Positions 1 through 12,835 of a stretch of 64,000 nucleotides of DNA are shown one piece after another. The DNA is taken from the NCBI GenBank assembly GCA_002269645.1, contig NIVC01002188.1, positions 62,001 to 126,000 on the forward strand, written 5' to 3'. A program made the position numbers and the translations under genes. The notes beneath the pieces are model-generated. The model saw nothing but the letters and a program-made list of their open reading frames with translations. It did not search any database and had not been told where the DNA came from. Position 1 is the stretch's first letter. Each line of letters starts with the position of its first letter. Source of the stretch: Macrostomum lignano (taxonomy: Eukaryota).

Positions 1-2098
1 CTTTGAAGTAGCTGTGACTCTGAGCCTCGGTTGCTGTGGCCCTCTGCGCCGGGTCGTACATGAACAGGTGCTGCATCAGGCTGAGGCCGCGCTCAGTTAA
101 TATCGGCAATTTCTGGCGCAGATTGTTGTACGGCTGCTGGCGTAGGGAGAACTGGCGCATCGCGGGCAGTTGGTCAACGCCTGGCCAAATTGCTTCGTGC
201 GGCGTGCCCAGTAGCTCGATGATCAGGTTCACCTGGTGGGTGTCGGGTGAAATTAGTGCAGCTGGGATTGTACCACAGATATTCATAGATCAAGGATCAT
301 AGACAACAGCTTGACAGATTTTAGCCAGGGTCGTGTAGTACCATTCGAGGGTTAGGAAGGACCATAGTCATTCTCAGGGGTCAAGAAAGGCCATAGACAA
401 TAGCAGGGGTCAGGAAAGACCATAGACATTCTCAGGGACAGGAAAGGCCTTAGACATTCTCAGGGTCAGGAAAGACCATAGACAATATCAGGGGTCAGGA
501 AAGGCCATATACAATATCAGGGGTCAGGAAAGACCATAGACAATATCAGGGGTCAGGAAAGACCATAGACAATAGCAGGGGTCAGGAAAGGCCATAGACG
601 TTGTTAGGGGTCATGAAGGGTCATAGACATTCTCAGGGCCAAAAGTACTACAGCCGAGAGTGAGCGAGTCAGGGGTTGACAAAAGGACATAGAAGCATCA
701 CGCAGCACTAGGCCGTCCTACTGACCTGTTGTATCTCCGACTGTCCGGGCAGCAGGGGTTTGTTCAATAGCAGCTCAGCCATGACGCAGCCAGCAGACCA
801 CATATCAATGGCCGTGGTGTACCTGTCGTCACCGAGCAGCAGTTCGATGGCTCGATACCACAGCGTCACTACTACAGGCGTAGAAGCGGCTTTCAACGGC
901 AGCTGGAAGGTGCGGGCTAAACCGAAATCGGCTATTTTGAGCACACCCTGGTCAGTTAGAAGCAGGTTGGACACTTTGATGTCCCGGTGAATTATGTAAT
1001 TGTCGTGCAGGTAGCCAAGGCCGTCGAATACCTAAATAGGAGTATTTAGGTATTCGGAGAATCGGAGTATCTTGGAATATCAAATAGTCCAAGATCTTAC
1101 TGATCTCTAGACCTCAATACCGATGATCTATAGATCCCAATCCTGATGATCTCTAGATCCCAATACTGATGATCTCTAGATCCCAATCCTGATGATCTCT
1201 AGATCTCAATCCTGATGATCTCTAGATCTCAAACCTGATGATCTCTAGATCTCAATCCTGATGATCTCTAGATCCCAATCCTGATGATCTCTAGATCTCA
1301 ATCTTGATGATCTCTAGATCTCAATCCTGATGATCTCTAGATCTCAATACCGATGATCTCTAGATCCCAATCCTGATGATCTCTAGATCACAATTTTGAT
1401 TATCTCTGGGTCATAATCCTGATCCCAATACTTATCCCACTCCTGACGATCTATAGATCCCAATCCCGATTGTCTCTAGATCTCATACCCGATCTCTAGA
1501 TCCCAGTTCAGATTTCCTTGAAATCTATTATTTCCAAAACACCTTTCTAATCTCAACGATTTTTAAAGATAAAAAAATTAACAATGATAGAAAGAACTCC
1601 ATAATAAAACATAATTAGTAAACCCACCTGCAGCATAATGCACTTGACCTGAGCCTCAGTAAATGGCGTAGGCATATTATCGATAAGGCTGGCCAAATCC
1701 TGTTCGCAGTACTCCATCACTAGGAAAATATTCGCTAGGCCTCGCCCAACAGCCACCTCGCGCAGCTGTACAATATTCTGGTGCCGGCAGCGCAGCAGCA
1801 GGCTGATCTCCCGCAGCGAAGACATTGGCAATCCGTGCCGGCTGCCGTCCTGCTGACTCATCCGGACCCGCTTCAGCGCCACCACTTGTTCGCCGGTCAA
1901 ATCGCGCGCCCTGTACACCACGCCGTAGGTGCCCTCGCCGATTCGTTCGAGTTTTTGAAAGTCGGCCACCGGACGACAATGGGCGGCAGATTGGCGGGCG
2001 GCGGCAGCTGGGATCTCCGATTGAGTCAGGTCGGATATGCGCAGGTAGGCGTACCGGTCAGAGTCGGTGGGGTCGTCCACTCCAGTTGAGGGCTCCAT
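1..2098 (-). CDS. CDK10: Cyclin-dependent kinase 10, 5' part (coding exons 2098-1628, 1031-726, 232-<1; continues beyond window)
   Basis: Spliced translation has GEGTYG, the PMSSLRE helix (CDK10 PISSLRE type), [21 protein letters not shown] and [12 protein letters not shown] junctions are all phase 0 (donor 1627-1626, acceptor 1033-1032, donor 725-724, acceptor 234-233). The real ATG is at 2098; the ORF-track start at 2101 is a TTG. Confidence 0.93.
345..640. repeat. Minisatellite, ~30-bp unit (GGGGTCAGGAAAGRCCATAGACAATAKCA-like), CDK10 intron 2
   Basis: About 9-10 degenerate tandem copies visible. Confidence 0.9.
1085..1510. repeat. Minisatellite, 23-bp unit (GATGATCTCTAGATCYCAATCCT), CDK10 intron 1
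   Basis: Period 23 (TGATGATC at 1144, 1167, 1190). Confidence 0.92.
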
Positions 2099-2224
2099 CA
2101 AGTTATTATTTTATTGCTGCTGCAGTTGGTTTTACCGATACGATGTAACTGGATCTTACTTGATCTTTATCTACTCAAAGTATGCACATAAACTGGCTAT
2201 GAAGAGACGGCAGCTCCGTACTGA

Positions 2225-4800
2225 TGGACTGTCAGCCCCCTATTGATGGATCTGACAGCCTGTTATTGATGGACCTGACAGCCTGCTATTGATGGGCCTG
2301 ACAGCCCCCTATTGATGGACCTGACAGCCCCCTATTGATGGGCCTGACAGCCCCCTATTGATGGGCCTGACAGCCTGCTATTGATGGGCCTGACAGCCTG
2401 CTATTGATGGACCTGACAGCCCCTATTGATAGGCCTAAAAGCCCCCTATTGATGGGCCTGACAGCCCCCTATTGATGGACCTGACAGCCTGCTATTGATG
2501 GACCTGACAGCCCCCTATTGATGGACCTGACAGCCCCCTATTATTGGACCTGACAGCCCCCCATTAATGGACCTGACAGCCCCCTATTAATGGACCTGAC
2601 AGCCCCCTATAATTGGACCTGACAGCCCTCTATTGATGTACCTGACAGACTGCTATTGATGGGCTGACAGCCTACTATTGATGGACCTGACAGCCCCCTA
2701 TTATTGGACCTGACAGCCCCCTATTGATGGGCCTGACAGCCCCCTATTGATGGACCTGACAGCCTGCTATTGATGGACCTGACAGCCTGCTATTGATGGA
2801 CCTGAGAGCCCCCTATTGATGGGCCTGACAGCCCCCTATTGATGGACCTACAGCCTGCTATTGATGGACCTGACAGCCTGCTATAGATGGGCCTGACAGC
2901 CCCTATTGATGGACCTGACAGCCCCCTATTGATGGGCCTGACAGCCCCCTATTGATGGACCTGACAGCCCCCTATTATTGGACCTGACAGCCCCCTATTG
3001 ATGGGCCTGACAGCCCCCTATTGATGGACCTGACAGCCTGCTATTGATGGACCTGACAGCCTGCTATTGATGGACCTGAGAGCCCCCTATTGATGGGCCT
3101 GACAGCCCCCTATTGATGGACCTACAGCCTGCTATTGATGGACCTGACAGCCTGCTATAGATGGGCCTGACAGCCCCTATTGATGGACCTGACAGCCCCC
3201 TATTGATGGGCCTGACAGCCCCCTATTGATGGACCTGACAGCCCCCTATTATTGGACCTGACAGCCCCCATTAATGGACCTGACAGCCCCCTATTAATGG
3301 ACCTGACAGCCCCCTATAATTGGACCTGACAGCCCTCTATTGATGTACCTGACAGACTGCTATTGATGGGCTGACAGCCCACTATTGATGGACCTGACAG
3401 CCCCCTATTATTGGACCTGACAGCGTCCTATTATTGGACCTGACAGCCCCATATTAATGGACCTGACAGGCCCCTATTGATGGACCTGACAGCCCCCTAT
3501 TGATGGGCCTGACAGCCCCCTATTGATGGACCTGACAGCCCCCTATTGATGGGCCTGACAGACCCCTATTGATGGGCCTGACAGCCCCCTATAATTGGAC
3601 CTGACAGCCCTCTATTGATGTACCTGACAGCCTGCTATTGATGGGCTGACAGCCCACTATTGATGGACCTGACAGCCCCCTATTATTGGACCTGACAGCC
3701 CCCTATTATTGGACCTGACAGCCCCATATTAATGGACCTGACAGGCCCCTATTGATGGACCTGACAGCCTGCTATTGATGGGCCTGACAGACCCCTATTG
3801 ATGGGCCTGACAGCCCCCTATTGATGGGCCTGACAGACCCCTATTGATGGGCCTGACAGCCCCTATTGATGGACCTGACAGCCCCCTATTGATGGACCTG
3901 ACAGCCCCCTATTGATGGGCCTGACAGCCCCCTATTGATGGGCCTGACAGCCCCCTATTGATGGACCTGACAGCCCCCTATTATTGGACCTAACAGCCCC
4001 CCATTAATGGACCTGACAGCCCCCTATTAATGGACCTGACAGCCCCCTATAATTGGACCTGACAGCCCTCTATTGATGTACCTGACAGACTGCTATTGAT
4101 GGGCTGACAGCCCACTATTGATGGGCCTGACAGACCCCTATTGATGGGCCTGACAGCCCCCTATAATTGGACCTGACAGCCCTCTATTGATGTACCTGAC
4201 AGCCTGCTATTGATGGGCTGACAGCCCACTATTGATGGACCTGACAGCCCCCTATTATTGGACCTGACAGACCCCTATTATTGGACCTGACAGCCCCATA
4301 TTAATGGACCTGACAGGCCCCTATTGATGGACCTGACAGCCTGCTATTGATGGGCTGACAGACCCCTATTGATGGGCCTGACAGCCCCCTATTGATGGGC
4401 CTGACAGACCCCTATTGATGGGCCTGACAGCCTGCTATTGATGGACATGACAGCCCCCTATTGATGGGCCTGACAGCCCCCTATTGATGGACCTGACAGC
4501 CTGCTATTGATGGACCTGACAGCCTGCTATTGATGGACCTGAGAGCCCCCTATTGATGGGCCTGACAGCCCCCTATTGATGGACCTACAGCCTGCTATTG
4601 ATGGGCCTGACAGCCCCCTATTGATGGGCCTGACAGACCCCTATTGATGGACCTGACAGCCCCCTATTGATGGACCTGACAGCCTGCTATTGATGGACCT
4701 GACAGCCCCCTATTGATGGACCTGACAGCCCCCTATTGATGGACCTGACAGCCTGCTATTGATGGACCTGACAGCCCCCTATTGATGGACCTGATAGCTA
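2225..4800. repeat. Minisatellite, 23-bp unit (ATTGATGGRCCTGACAGCCCCCT), ~2.6 kb, immediately upstream of the CDK10 start
   Basis: Roughly 110 tandem copies; blocks of variant units recur as higher-order duplications. Confidence 0.97.
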
Positions 4801-7738
4801 ACTAAGACTAAGGCTTTTTATATACCTAGTCCTAATATATATTTATTTAGCTTGCCATATACAAGTATAGGAACTATTCTAACAATTTAAAATTGGTCTT
4901 GTTTGACAGCCCTATAGAAGTCTTTTTTCAATTTGTTTAAAGTTATACATTTAATACTTATTTATAAAATTCAAAAAGGCAAACATAATAATCATTAAAA
5001 AATTATTTATGTTATCATCATGCATAAATGTTGCTAAAGAAAAAGTGGTAACCTATAAGTATAAGCCTTAGTCTACATAGCATAGGCCTATATTATTCAA
5101 AAGCTCTAGTTGATATATCAACTAATTGAATTTAGGCTTATATTTATAAGTATAGATAATATATTCATTGCATTTTTCATTATTGATCTTAGAGCTATTG
5201 AATCTAGAGTACTTATTTTTCTATTCATTTTTAGTTTTGGCCTCTATTGTAGCTAATGGCTATAATGCAATGCAGATTGATACCTTATAAAGCAATAATG
5301 GAAGTATACTCGTAAATAGGGCTACAAGTAGTCATAGAGCCCTATTGCACTAGCATGGATTAACTGCTAGCAATGCAGGTATGGTATAGCTGATATCCAT
5401 ACTCTAGATATAGGCCTAGTAGTGCACTAGAAATGTCCAAAACAATACTATAGCAGTCATAGGTGCTGCAATAGGGTTTGGCCTTAGTAAGGCCCCTAAC
5501 AAATTTTAATCAATATATATAATTATTAAGGAATTTACTATAATTTATTAGTATTTAATAAGGACTTAAATAAGGGTTTTATGATTGATGCTTTACCAAG
5601 CATATAGAATTATAGAAGGCAAATTTGAATAAAGAATGTAAGGTATAAACAAAGTTTTCTTGGAAATGAATAGCTTTGCAATGCAAGTAAATAGAATAAA
5701 AGGCAAAAAGGAATAGGCCTATATAAACTAGTTAATGAAGACAAAGTCTTTTCGCCCCAGTGAGCTTTGGGGTTGGAATTTTAAAATGCCTAGTGTTGTA
5801 TTGATTATTTAAAGACTTCCAAGGCATTATTAACGCTGATGCTCCTAATATTTTGTGTTGTGTCATACACTCATACAAAAAGTTAGCCTAATAGATAAAG
5901 TAGGGCGAGAGTTGTAAAATGTCTCTAATGTCAAATTATTTATAGGAAGGGAATAGGGATGTCGATTCCCCAGGGAATTATCTTATCGGGGACCCTAGTG
6001 AAAAGAAAAAAAAGTAAAAACAGCGGATAACTTAGATCGTAAGTGGAATTTTTTAAACTTTGATTTAAGCTTTGTACTACTACTACATGTTCAAGGCGCA
6101 AGGGTAAAAACTTTAAACAATGCATGTTTTTTAAAACTGTATTTGACAATGTGGCATCACGAAATCGTGTGGGCACCTTTGTCGGATCAGAAAGGTGCAT
6201 TTGTCGGAATGCATGCTCAACAGCTACGCTCGTGAGAGGATAATTAATGAATGAGACTGTTTTTATAATTGGAATTTTTATTTCTTGCAGATATATGTAA
6301 ATCACCATTTTGTCCTTGTCTAATAGGGAGTATATGTATGACACCCCCCTCCCTATGTATCAGTGCCTGACGTAGGACACAGTGCTGCGCCTGCATCAAA
6401 TGCATCAAGCCGTCAACGCAGACCAACACAGTAGTCAGTAAGGCTACTTTTTCCTGATGGGTTTCTTTTCTACATGCAACTTGCTTGATTGATGACTAAT
6501 AGTGAAAAAACAATCAAACGTGTGTTGTGTTTGAAATACATGTAATACATTGAAATAAGCAGTTATGCAGTAAAAGAGCATAAACAGAGATTCAATCAGC
6601 TTTCTGTGAATCATTTTCTTATTTTAATTGCAAAAATTAAGTTACAAACTTACAAATGCATTTTTAAATATCTTTTCCCTAGGGTCCCCGGTTCAATTCC
6701 CCGGGGAGTATTCCCTGACAAGCTCCCCAGGGAGCACTCCCGGGGTCAACATCCCTAGAAAGGAAACTACAGGCATAAGTTCTACAATACAAATACAAGT
6801 AGCTAAGCATTAATAGACGCACTGCACCAATAAAATGTAATGGAATTGCTCGAATCACCAAGACCCATAAAACTGGAGAAACTGGCAGGATATAGCAGAT
6901 ACATGAGGTCAGAATCAGAAGTGATGGGTGAGTGGGTCAAGTGATTATGGGTTTGACTTTGATTGTATTATTCCTTCTTAATCTTATGCAATTAATTGTA
7001 CATTTGGTATGAAATAAAGTAATAGTAATTATCCTTGACCATGCTAGAATAAAGACAAGTCAAAGTCAAGTTAATAAAATAGACACACACAGTGTTAACA
7101 GTAACAATGGTTTAGAGCCATTTTTCTTGTCAGTGTTTGTCTTTGTAAATACATATACATTGGGAAGACTTATCTGGACCCAATCTCTTCTTATTTTGGG
7201 TATGGGGGTTAGAGTTAGGCCATCTGACATCCCCCTCCCCCCTACCATAGTGGACTGGAGAGAAGCACATGCTATCGCTATTGGCTAGCCTGTTGTTCTC
7301 TGTCTCTTTACCTTCTGTGTTGTGTAGCGTATACTATGCAATGCACAAGACCCAACTTTCCACAAAAGGAAGGTTCATATAGTCCACCCATGGGCTTCCT
7401 CTCGCTTTCGCGTATACTCAAGGCCACTCACTCTCAACACCAACCACTAGAGGCTTGTTTTAAATAATCGATCGATAATATTAAATGTATACTTGAGGCA
7501 AGCTTTCAAGGGTGTTTGGATCCTAACAGAAGGGGGAGAAAGTGGCCAAGGCCACCATACCCCACAACCACAAGGCAGATAGGCTGGCCCGAGTGCAATA
7601 ACGAATGACAAAATAAAATAGAAAAGTACAATTTACACTTCAACTTTCAATACAATAAATACAATAATAGGTACCGTATTAATGACAGTGTATTTTCGCA
7701 CAAAGTAGCTACGTTTAAACTACCAGCACGTAAACAGC

Positions 7739-9251
7739 TAGGGGGCGACCGGGACGGCCAAAGTCGGGCCCGGGTCGGGCCCGGGAATGAGGACTCGGGC
7801 CCGGGTCGGGCCTTGGGAATTCGGGACAAGATCTTTAAGACAGCTCAATAATTGGAAAAAAATCATAATAAATCTTAATACTTTTAGCATATGCGGATTA
7901 CTATTAAATATATAATAAATATATTAATATATTAAATCTAATATAATATATTAAATGTATAATAAATATATGATAAACATTAAATATATTATAATATATA
8001 AATATATGAAATATATAATAATATATAAATATAATATATTATATTAAATATATAATAAATATTATTTTTATTTAATACATTAGTTAAGACTTCAGAATAG
8101 ATAAGAGTTACATTAAAAGACTTAATACTCAAATATCAATATACTCAATAGTTCAAATTCAATGTCACTGTGTGGCACAAGTACTGTGTGTGTGCCAGTG
8201 ACAGTGACACTAACACTTAACAGGCAGTGAGGTAGGCAAGCAGGCACTGAGGTAGTGCGGCTGGCACTGGCAGTGGCAGTAAGCAAAAAGAAGAAAAGCT
8301 GAAGCATTAAGTGTAAGGCACTTGGCATTGGAAGCAGTAAGGAAGTAAGAACCAAATCAATTGATTGATTCTTTTATTTGAATTTTTAGTTTCTTTACAT
8401 AGCTTCAATGTAAAGAGCCATGTACACAGTCAGTATTCAGTAAGACAACAAGACAAGACAACAGAACAGAACACAAGTGAAGTGACAACACAACACAACA
8501 CTCAACTGTCTCAACAGAACAGGCAAACAGACAATGGAAATACAAGTAATTAGCTGATACCTGCCTACCTGCTCACCTACCTACCTAAACGAATATGATT
8601 ACGAATACGATACTGAGTCTACAACTACAACTACCTACGAATACAATACAAATATGAACACGATTACAAACTCTGATAGATAGCAAACTTCTTGGAAAAA
8701 TGGTAGCCTTGGCCCTTAATAGGTACTTCTTGGAACGTAAATAGGAAATGTTATTTACAAAAGCTTAAAAATGACAAATCAACTTTTTAAAAAATCATAT
8801 TTTTGCTTTTAGGCTGCAGCCTGCAGCGTGTAAAGTGGAATCAATATTGCATCAACTATGTTTTAATTTTATCTTCCTGGAAAAAATCCGATCTTCCTGG
8901 AAAGTGGAAACTGGCTGTGGCTGACGCTCACGGTCACAGACGCTCACGCTTAGAGCCTACTACGAATCAATGATATTGCTACTTCACATCATATCATCTA
9001 TTACTATTACTGCAGTCGTGCAGTGCTTGAGTCTTGAGTGCTGATGCAATGCTTAACTGAGTGTTGTGCTGTGCTGTGAATAAAAATAATTTTATTCTTA
9101 TTTGCACGCGGTTAGACTGTGCCTTTAGGGAAAAAAGACTTGTCCCGATTTCCCGACTTTTTTAGGGTCGGGCCCGGGCCCGGGTCGGGCCACGATTTTG
9201 GTCGGGATTCCCGACTTTTCGGGCCCGGGCCCGGGACTGGGTCGCCCCCTA
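7739..9251. mobile_element. Non-autonomous hAT-like DNA transposon (1513 bp)
   Basis: 12-bp perfect TIR TAGGGGGCGACC (7739-7750) / GGTCGCCCCCTA (9240-9251). Exact 8-bp TSD TAAACAGC (7731-7738, 9252-9259). Subterminal CGGGCCCGGG/GTCGGG repeats at both ends. No transposase ORF. Confidence 0.9.
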
Positions 9252-10883
9252 TAAACAGCTAAAATTTCACTGTTTATAAATTTTATAAAATTTAACACAT
9301 CATTTTAGATATTGAAAACTTTTAAAGGAGGGTATTACTGTTGCATGTGACTATAAAATCGTGGTAGGTATAGCTGATGATGAAATTAGTGATTGGTATC
9401 TCGCTTTTTTGATAACTTAGCCGGTTAGACCCCAAAATAGCTATTGTAATTTGTAACGCTGGAGCCAAATACAAATACAATGGAGCAATTAGTTTCTTTC
9501 AAATCTGTCTCTGTCAGTGCCAGTTTAGTCCATAGTAAGTAACCAAAGTAAAATACCCATTAGTGGTCCCGTTTCTAATGTTTATAAATATTAAGCTTCA
9601 ATTTACTTTTGGCACAGTATGCAATTTTGAAAATTCACCCTAATAACGGTTTGCACCAGCAGGAAAGTAACTATTTTGTTGTTGGAAATTGGATTAAGCA
9701 GTCAAAAGAGTGTATTTCTATGAAAAATGTACTTTTTTCCATTTTTTCAAATATTTAAACAGGTTTCGCTTTTTCAATAAAAAAATCATCGCAGTACCTT
9801 AAAGTACAGTTAGTTTGGAATTAAATGACGGCGTTGAATTGTTTCTTCCATATTCCAAAAATTATAATGAGCACTTTTCCTCAAAGCAGTTTGAGATCAT
9901 GATTTTTAGTCTTTCGTCAATAACTTCCTGATTTCAAATGTTTAAGAATTGAAAACTTCCACATTTGTGTATCTTTGAATTGCGCATCGATTGGTGAATA
10001 GTATGTATGCTTAACTATTAGCAGTATAGAAAAAAATGCAAAAAACTGTAAAAGTACATTTTTAATTTTTGCATTTTTTGCAACCAAAGTACCAACTTTT
10101 TGTTACAATTGAAAAAAACAACCCAATAATGTTATGCATCTTAGTAAGGCGCACCTATAACCCTTGAACATTTTTAGCTTGAGTTTTAATGTGCATGAGG
10201 AAATGCACTTTTGTGAAAACATAATCTTAAGACAAACATTTCAACTGAAGCCTGTTCCTTTTTTCCGCAGTGAATCCATACAAAACTATACTCGTTAAAT
10301 AGATCAGATTCTTTTCTTTAAAATGAAACCTCATTTGTGAAATTCGCTATTGTAGTTTTGAAGTTACAGCAGTTTTTGTGAGATTTTTTTGTCAATTTTT
10401 TGATGCACACGTCTCATATTATTATATTCCTCACAAGCCAGACCACCCAATGCGCTTCGCGCATCAGCTGGCTGTTTGTTCCTCATGCTTGGCACTTTGT
10501 GCCTTGCGCGTTTGCTCCGCTTACTGGGGAACTAGAAATACAGAAAAATACCAAATGGCATATCATATATCTGATATGCAAATAAGCTGAACATTATTGG
10601 CATAGCATCATGTGGCATGTAAATAATATTATCATTATTGGCATGGCCTAGCATAGAAGAACCATGGGAACAAGCTTTGCATTTGCATTATTTATTTTTT
10701 TCAGCTAGGAGCCTAATTCCTTTATTAGCTAAAGGCAGGGGAGGGGTTGTGTGCATATTGGTATACTTAAGCAACATATACACACAACTGGCAAGAGGCA
10801 TTATTGCCTATTCTACTGACTCCCCTGAGCAGGCACATAAGCACACGGATACATATGCAGGCACACACTCACATAGGAATGTA

Positions 10884-11641
10884 CGAGGTGTGGCCAAAAA
10901 GTAACGAGAATTGCTGCTTAAATCTGAAAATACAAACTTCTACTAAAATTAATCGATGTCTTCTTGAAGCTCAGCTTCTCAGCTTTTATAGGAAGCAGTA
11001 TTGTGTCGAAATGTTTTGGTTTTCATATTTTTTAAATTATTTTTCATTATAGCTGTCACACTGTTATGTCACAAAATAAACAATGAGCAACTAATCAACA
11101 TCAAGTTTTTGGTAAAACTCGGCAAGAAGCCATTGGAATGCCTCCAGCTGCTTTGTGCTTTAACATAGAGATGATGCTATGTCTCAGACAAGAGTGTATT
11201 AGTGGCACAAGCGATTCCGGGGATGGATGGGAGAGCCTCAAAGATAGTGGCAAAGTTCCTCACTGACGATTAGAAGCAGCTGCGATTGGTCATCGGGACA
11301 TTGAGACAGTTTTTGGCCAAAAGACTGGTCGCAGAGTTGAGCCATCTACCTTATTCACTGGATATGTCACTGTGTGATTCCTGGCTCTTTCCCAAGGTGA
11401 AGCAGGTTCTCAAAGGATCCAGATTTGAAGACTTGGATGCCATCAAGGAGAGTGTGACAGGGGTGCTGAGGGGCATCATGAAGGAGGACTTCCAGGGCTG
11501 CATCAGGAGCTGGCACCAACAATTGAGGCGATGTGTTGAAAGTGGCGGCAATTACTTTGAAGGCTGCAGTTGACTGAATTTTCATTTTTTGTTTTGAAAG
11601 TTTTTGTAGCTAAATTCTCGTTACTTTTTGGCCACACCTCG
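10884..11641 (+). mobile_element. Internally deleted mariner transposon (758 bp) with transposase remnants
   Basis: 29-bp perfect TIR CGAGGTGTGGCCAAAAAGTAACGAGAATT (10884-10912 / 11613-11641) flanked by TA. Degenerate N-terminus (INIKFLVKLGK..). C-terminal HLPYSLDMSLCDSWLFPKVK..LKGSRF..W..RCVESGGNYFEG (YSPDLAP-type motif). The middle of the catalytic domain is missing. Confidence 0.93.
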
Positions 11642-11783
11642 TACAGTGGCCCTAACTTTATTTTATTGTTAGGCATATACACTTCATTGTGCCTGCAGCC
11701 TTGGGGGGGGGGTGGCCCTAAAGTCAAGGCTGTTAATTGCATGAGCAGAGCCAAGCCAAGATTCAAATTCAGCCCCAAATTAA

Positions 11784-11851
11784 TGTGACTGCGCTTGGAA
11801 TCCAGCCTGGGTCACTGGCACAGAGCCTGCACTAGACCGCTAGGCTAAACC
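11784..11851 (-). mobile_element. Degenerate tRNA-derived (SINE-like) fragment
   Basis: A-box-like TAGCCTAGCGG and a degenerate B-box GGCTGGATTCC at tRNA-like spacing; no intact cloverleaf. Confidence 0.3.
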
Positions 11852-12835
11852 TATGCCTATGGCCCCCTGCTAGGAGCCTAAAGTTAAAATTATAATAGGC
11901 CATTACTTAATAGGCCCAGACCTCTATTTTATTTCAAACTAGGCCTAGGCAAAACATTGACCTAACTTTAACTAACTAGGGCCTACTCTAAGTCTAATAA
12001 ACTTGATTTTTATTAGGGTTTAGTTGCATCTGTAAACTGCAACTGCAATTTGGCTACAATAGTCTATAGATAGTATTTGCTGCCTAAACTTGAACTTGAA
12101 TACCTGAATAGAATACCAAACGCACCAAAATATTTGGTGGCTCCATTGTATGGATTTTTGCACTTACATCTAGTCTAGCTGAAAACTAAATAAATGACTT
12201 TCTTGACAGCTTGGTAGGCCTAGGCCCAGGAGACAAAAATTTAAACAATTTAACGAAAAAGTAGGCCTAGGCCTAACGCCTAACCTAGGGCCTACTGCAA
12301 TCGATTCGGAGGTAGGCCTATAGACATTGTAATAATACGCATACGCCTTCAGCTATTTTTCACGATTCGCAAGTATTGCGTCCTTTCAGTCTACTAGTCC
12401 TTAAGTGAGTCACCTTTAGGCCTATGCCAAAGTGTAGTTAGTTAGTTTAGGCCTAGTTATTATAGTAGTAGGCCTAGTTACAGTAATACAGTAAGCTGCT
12501 GCATGTGAATTTTGAATAAGACGGCTTTGAGATTTTATAAGACAATAACCAACATAACAAAAAAGGTGAAAATAAATATTTTAGTCCAAACTTAGGCCAA
12601 CTATTTTAACTAAAAACTCGTTTAAATCAAGCATTTTACATAAAATTCTCAAGCACTTTTTTGCTTTACAAATTTGTAACTAACTCATTTTTACTTCAAA
12701 TATTTATGAACTGAGCTGACCTGCATTGCAAGCTTAGCATCAGTTTCGGTTTCGAAATCAGGAGTGCTATAGCCATACAGACGTATCAGTACGATATATA
12801 CTTTTTAGTTCAACTTCCAGTGCTTTACTGTTGCA

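Noticed and set aside
1143-1400. Repeated CTGATGA suggesting hammerhead ribozyme cores
   Set aside because: No stem II or GAAA element follows; it is part of the 23-bp repeat unit.
2225-4800. CRISPR-like appearance of regular 20-45-bp repeats here and elsewhere
   Set aside because: Units are head-to-tail with no unique spacers, there are no cas genes, and the context is eukaryotic.
6681-6705. GGTTCAATTCC B-box suggesting a tRNA
   Set aside because: No T-stem pairing, D-arm or acceptor stem.
8122-8355. ORF with a signal-peptide-like stretch inside the hAT element
   Set aside because: Low complexity, no splice partners and no transposase motifs; probably chance.
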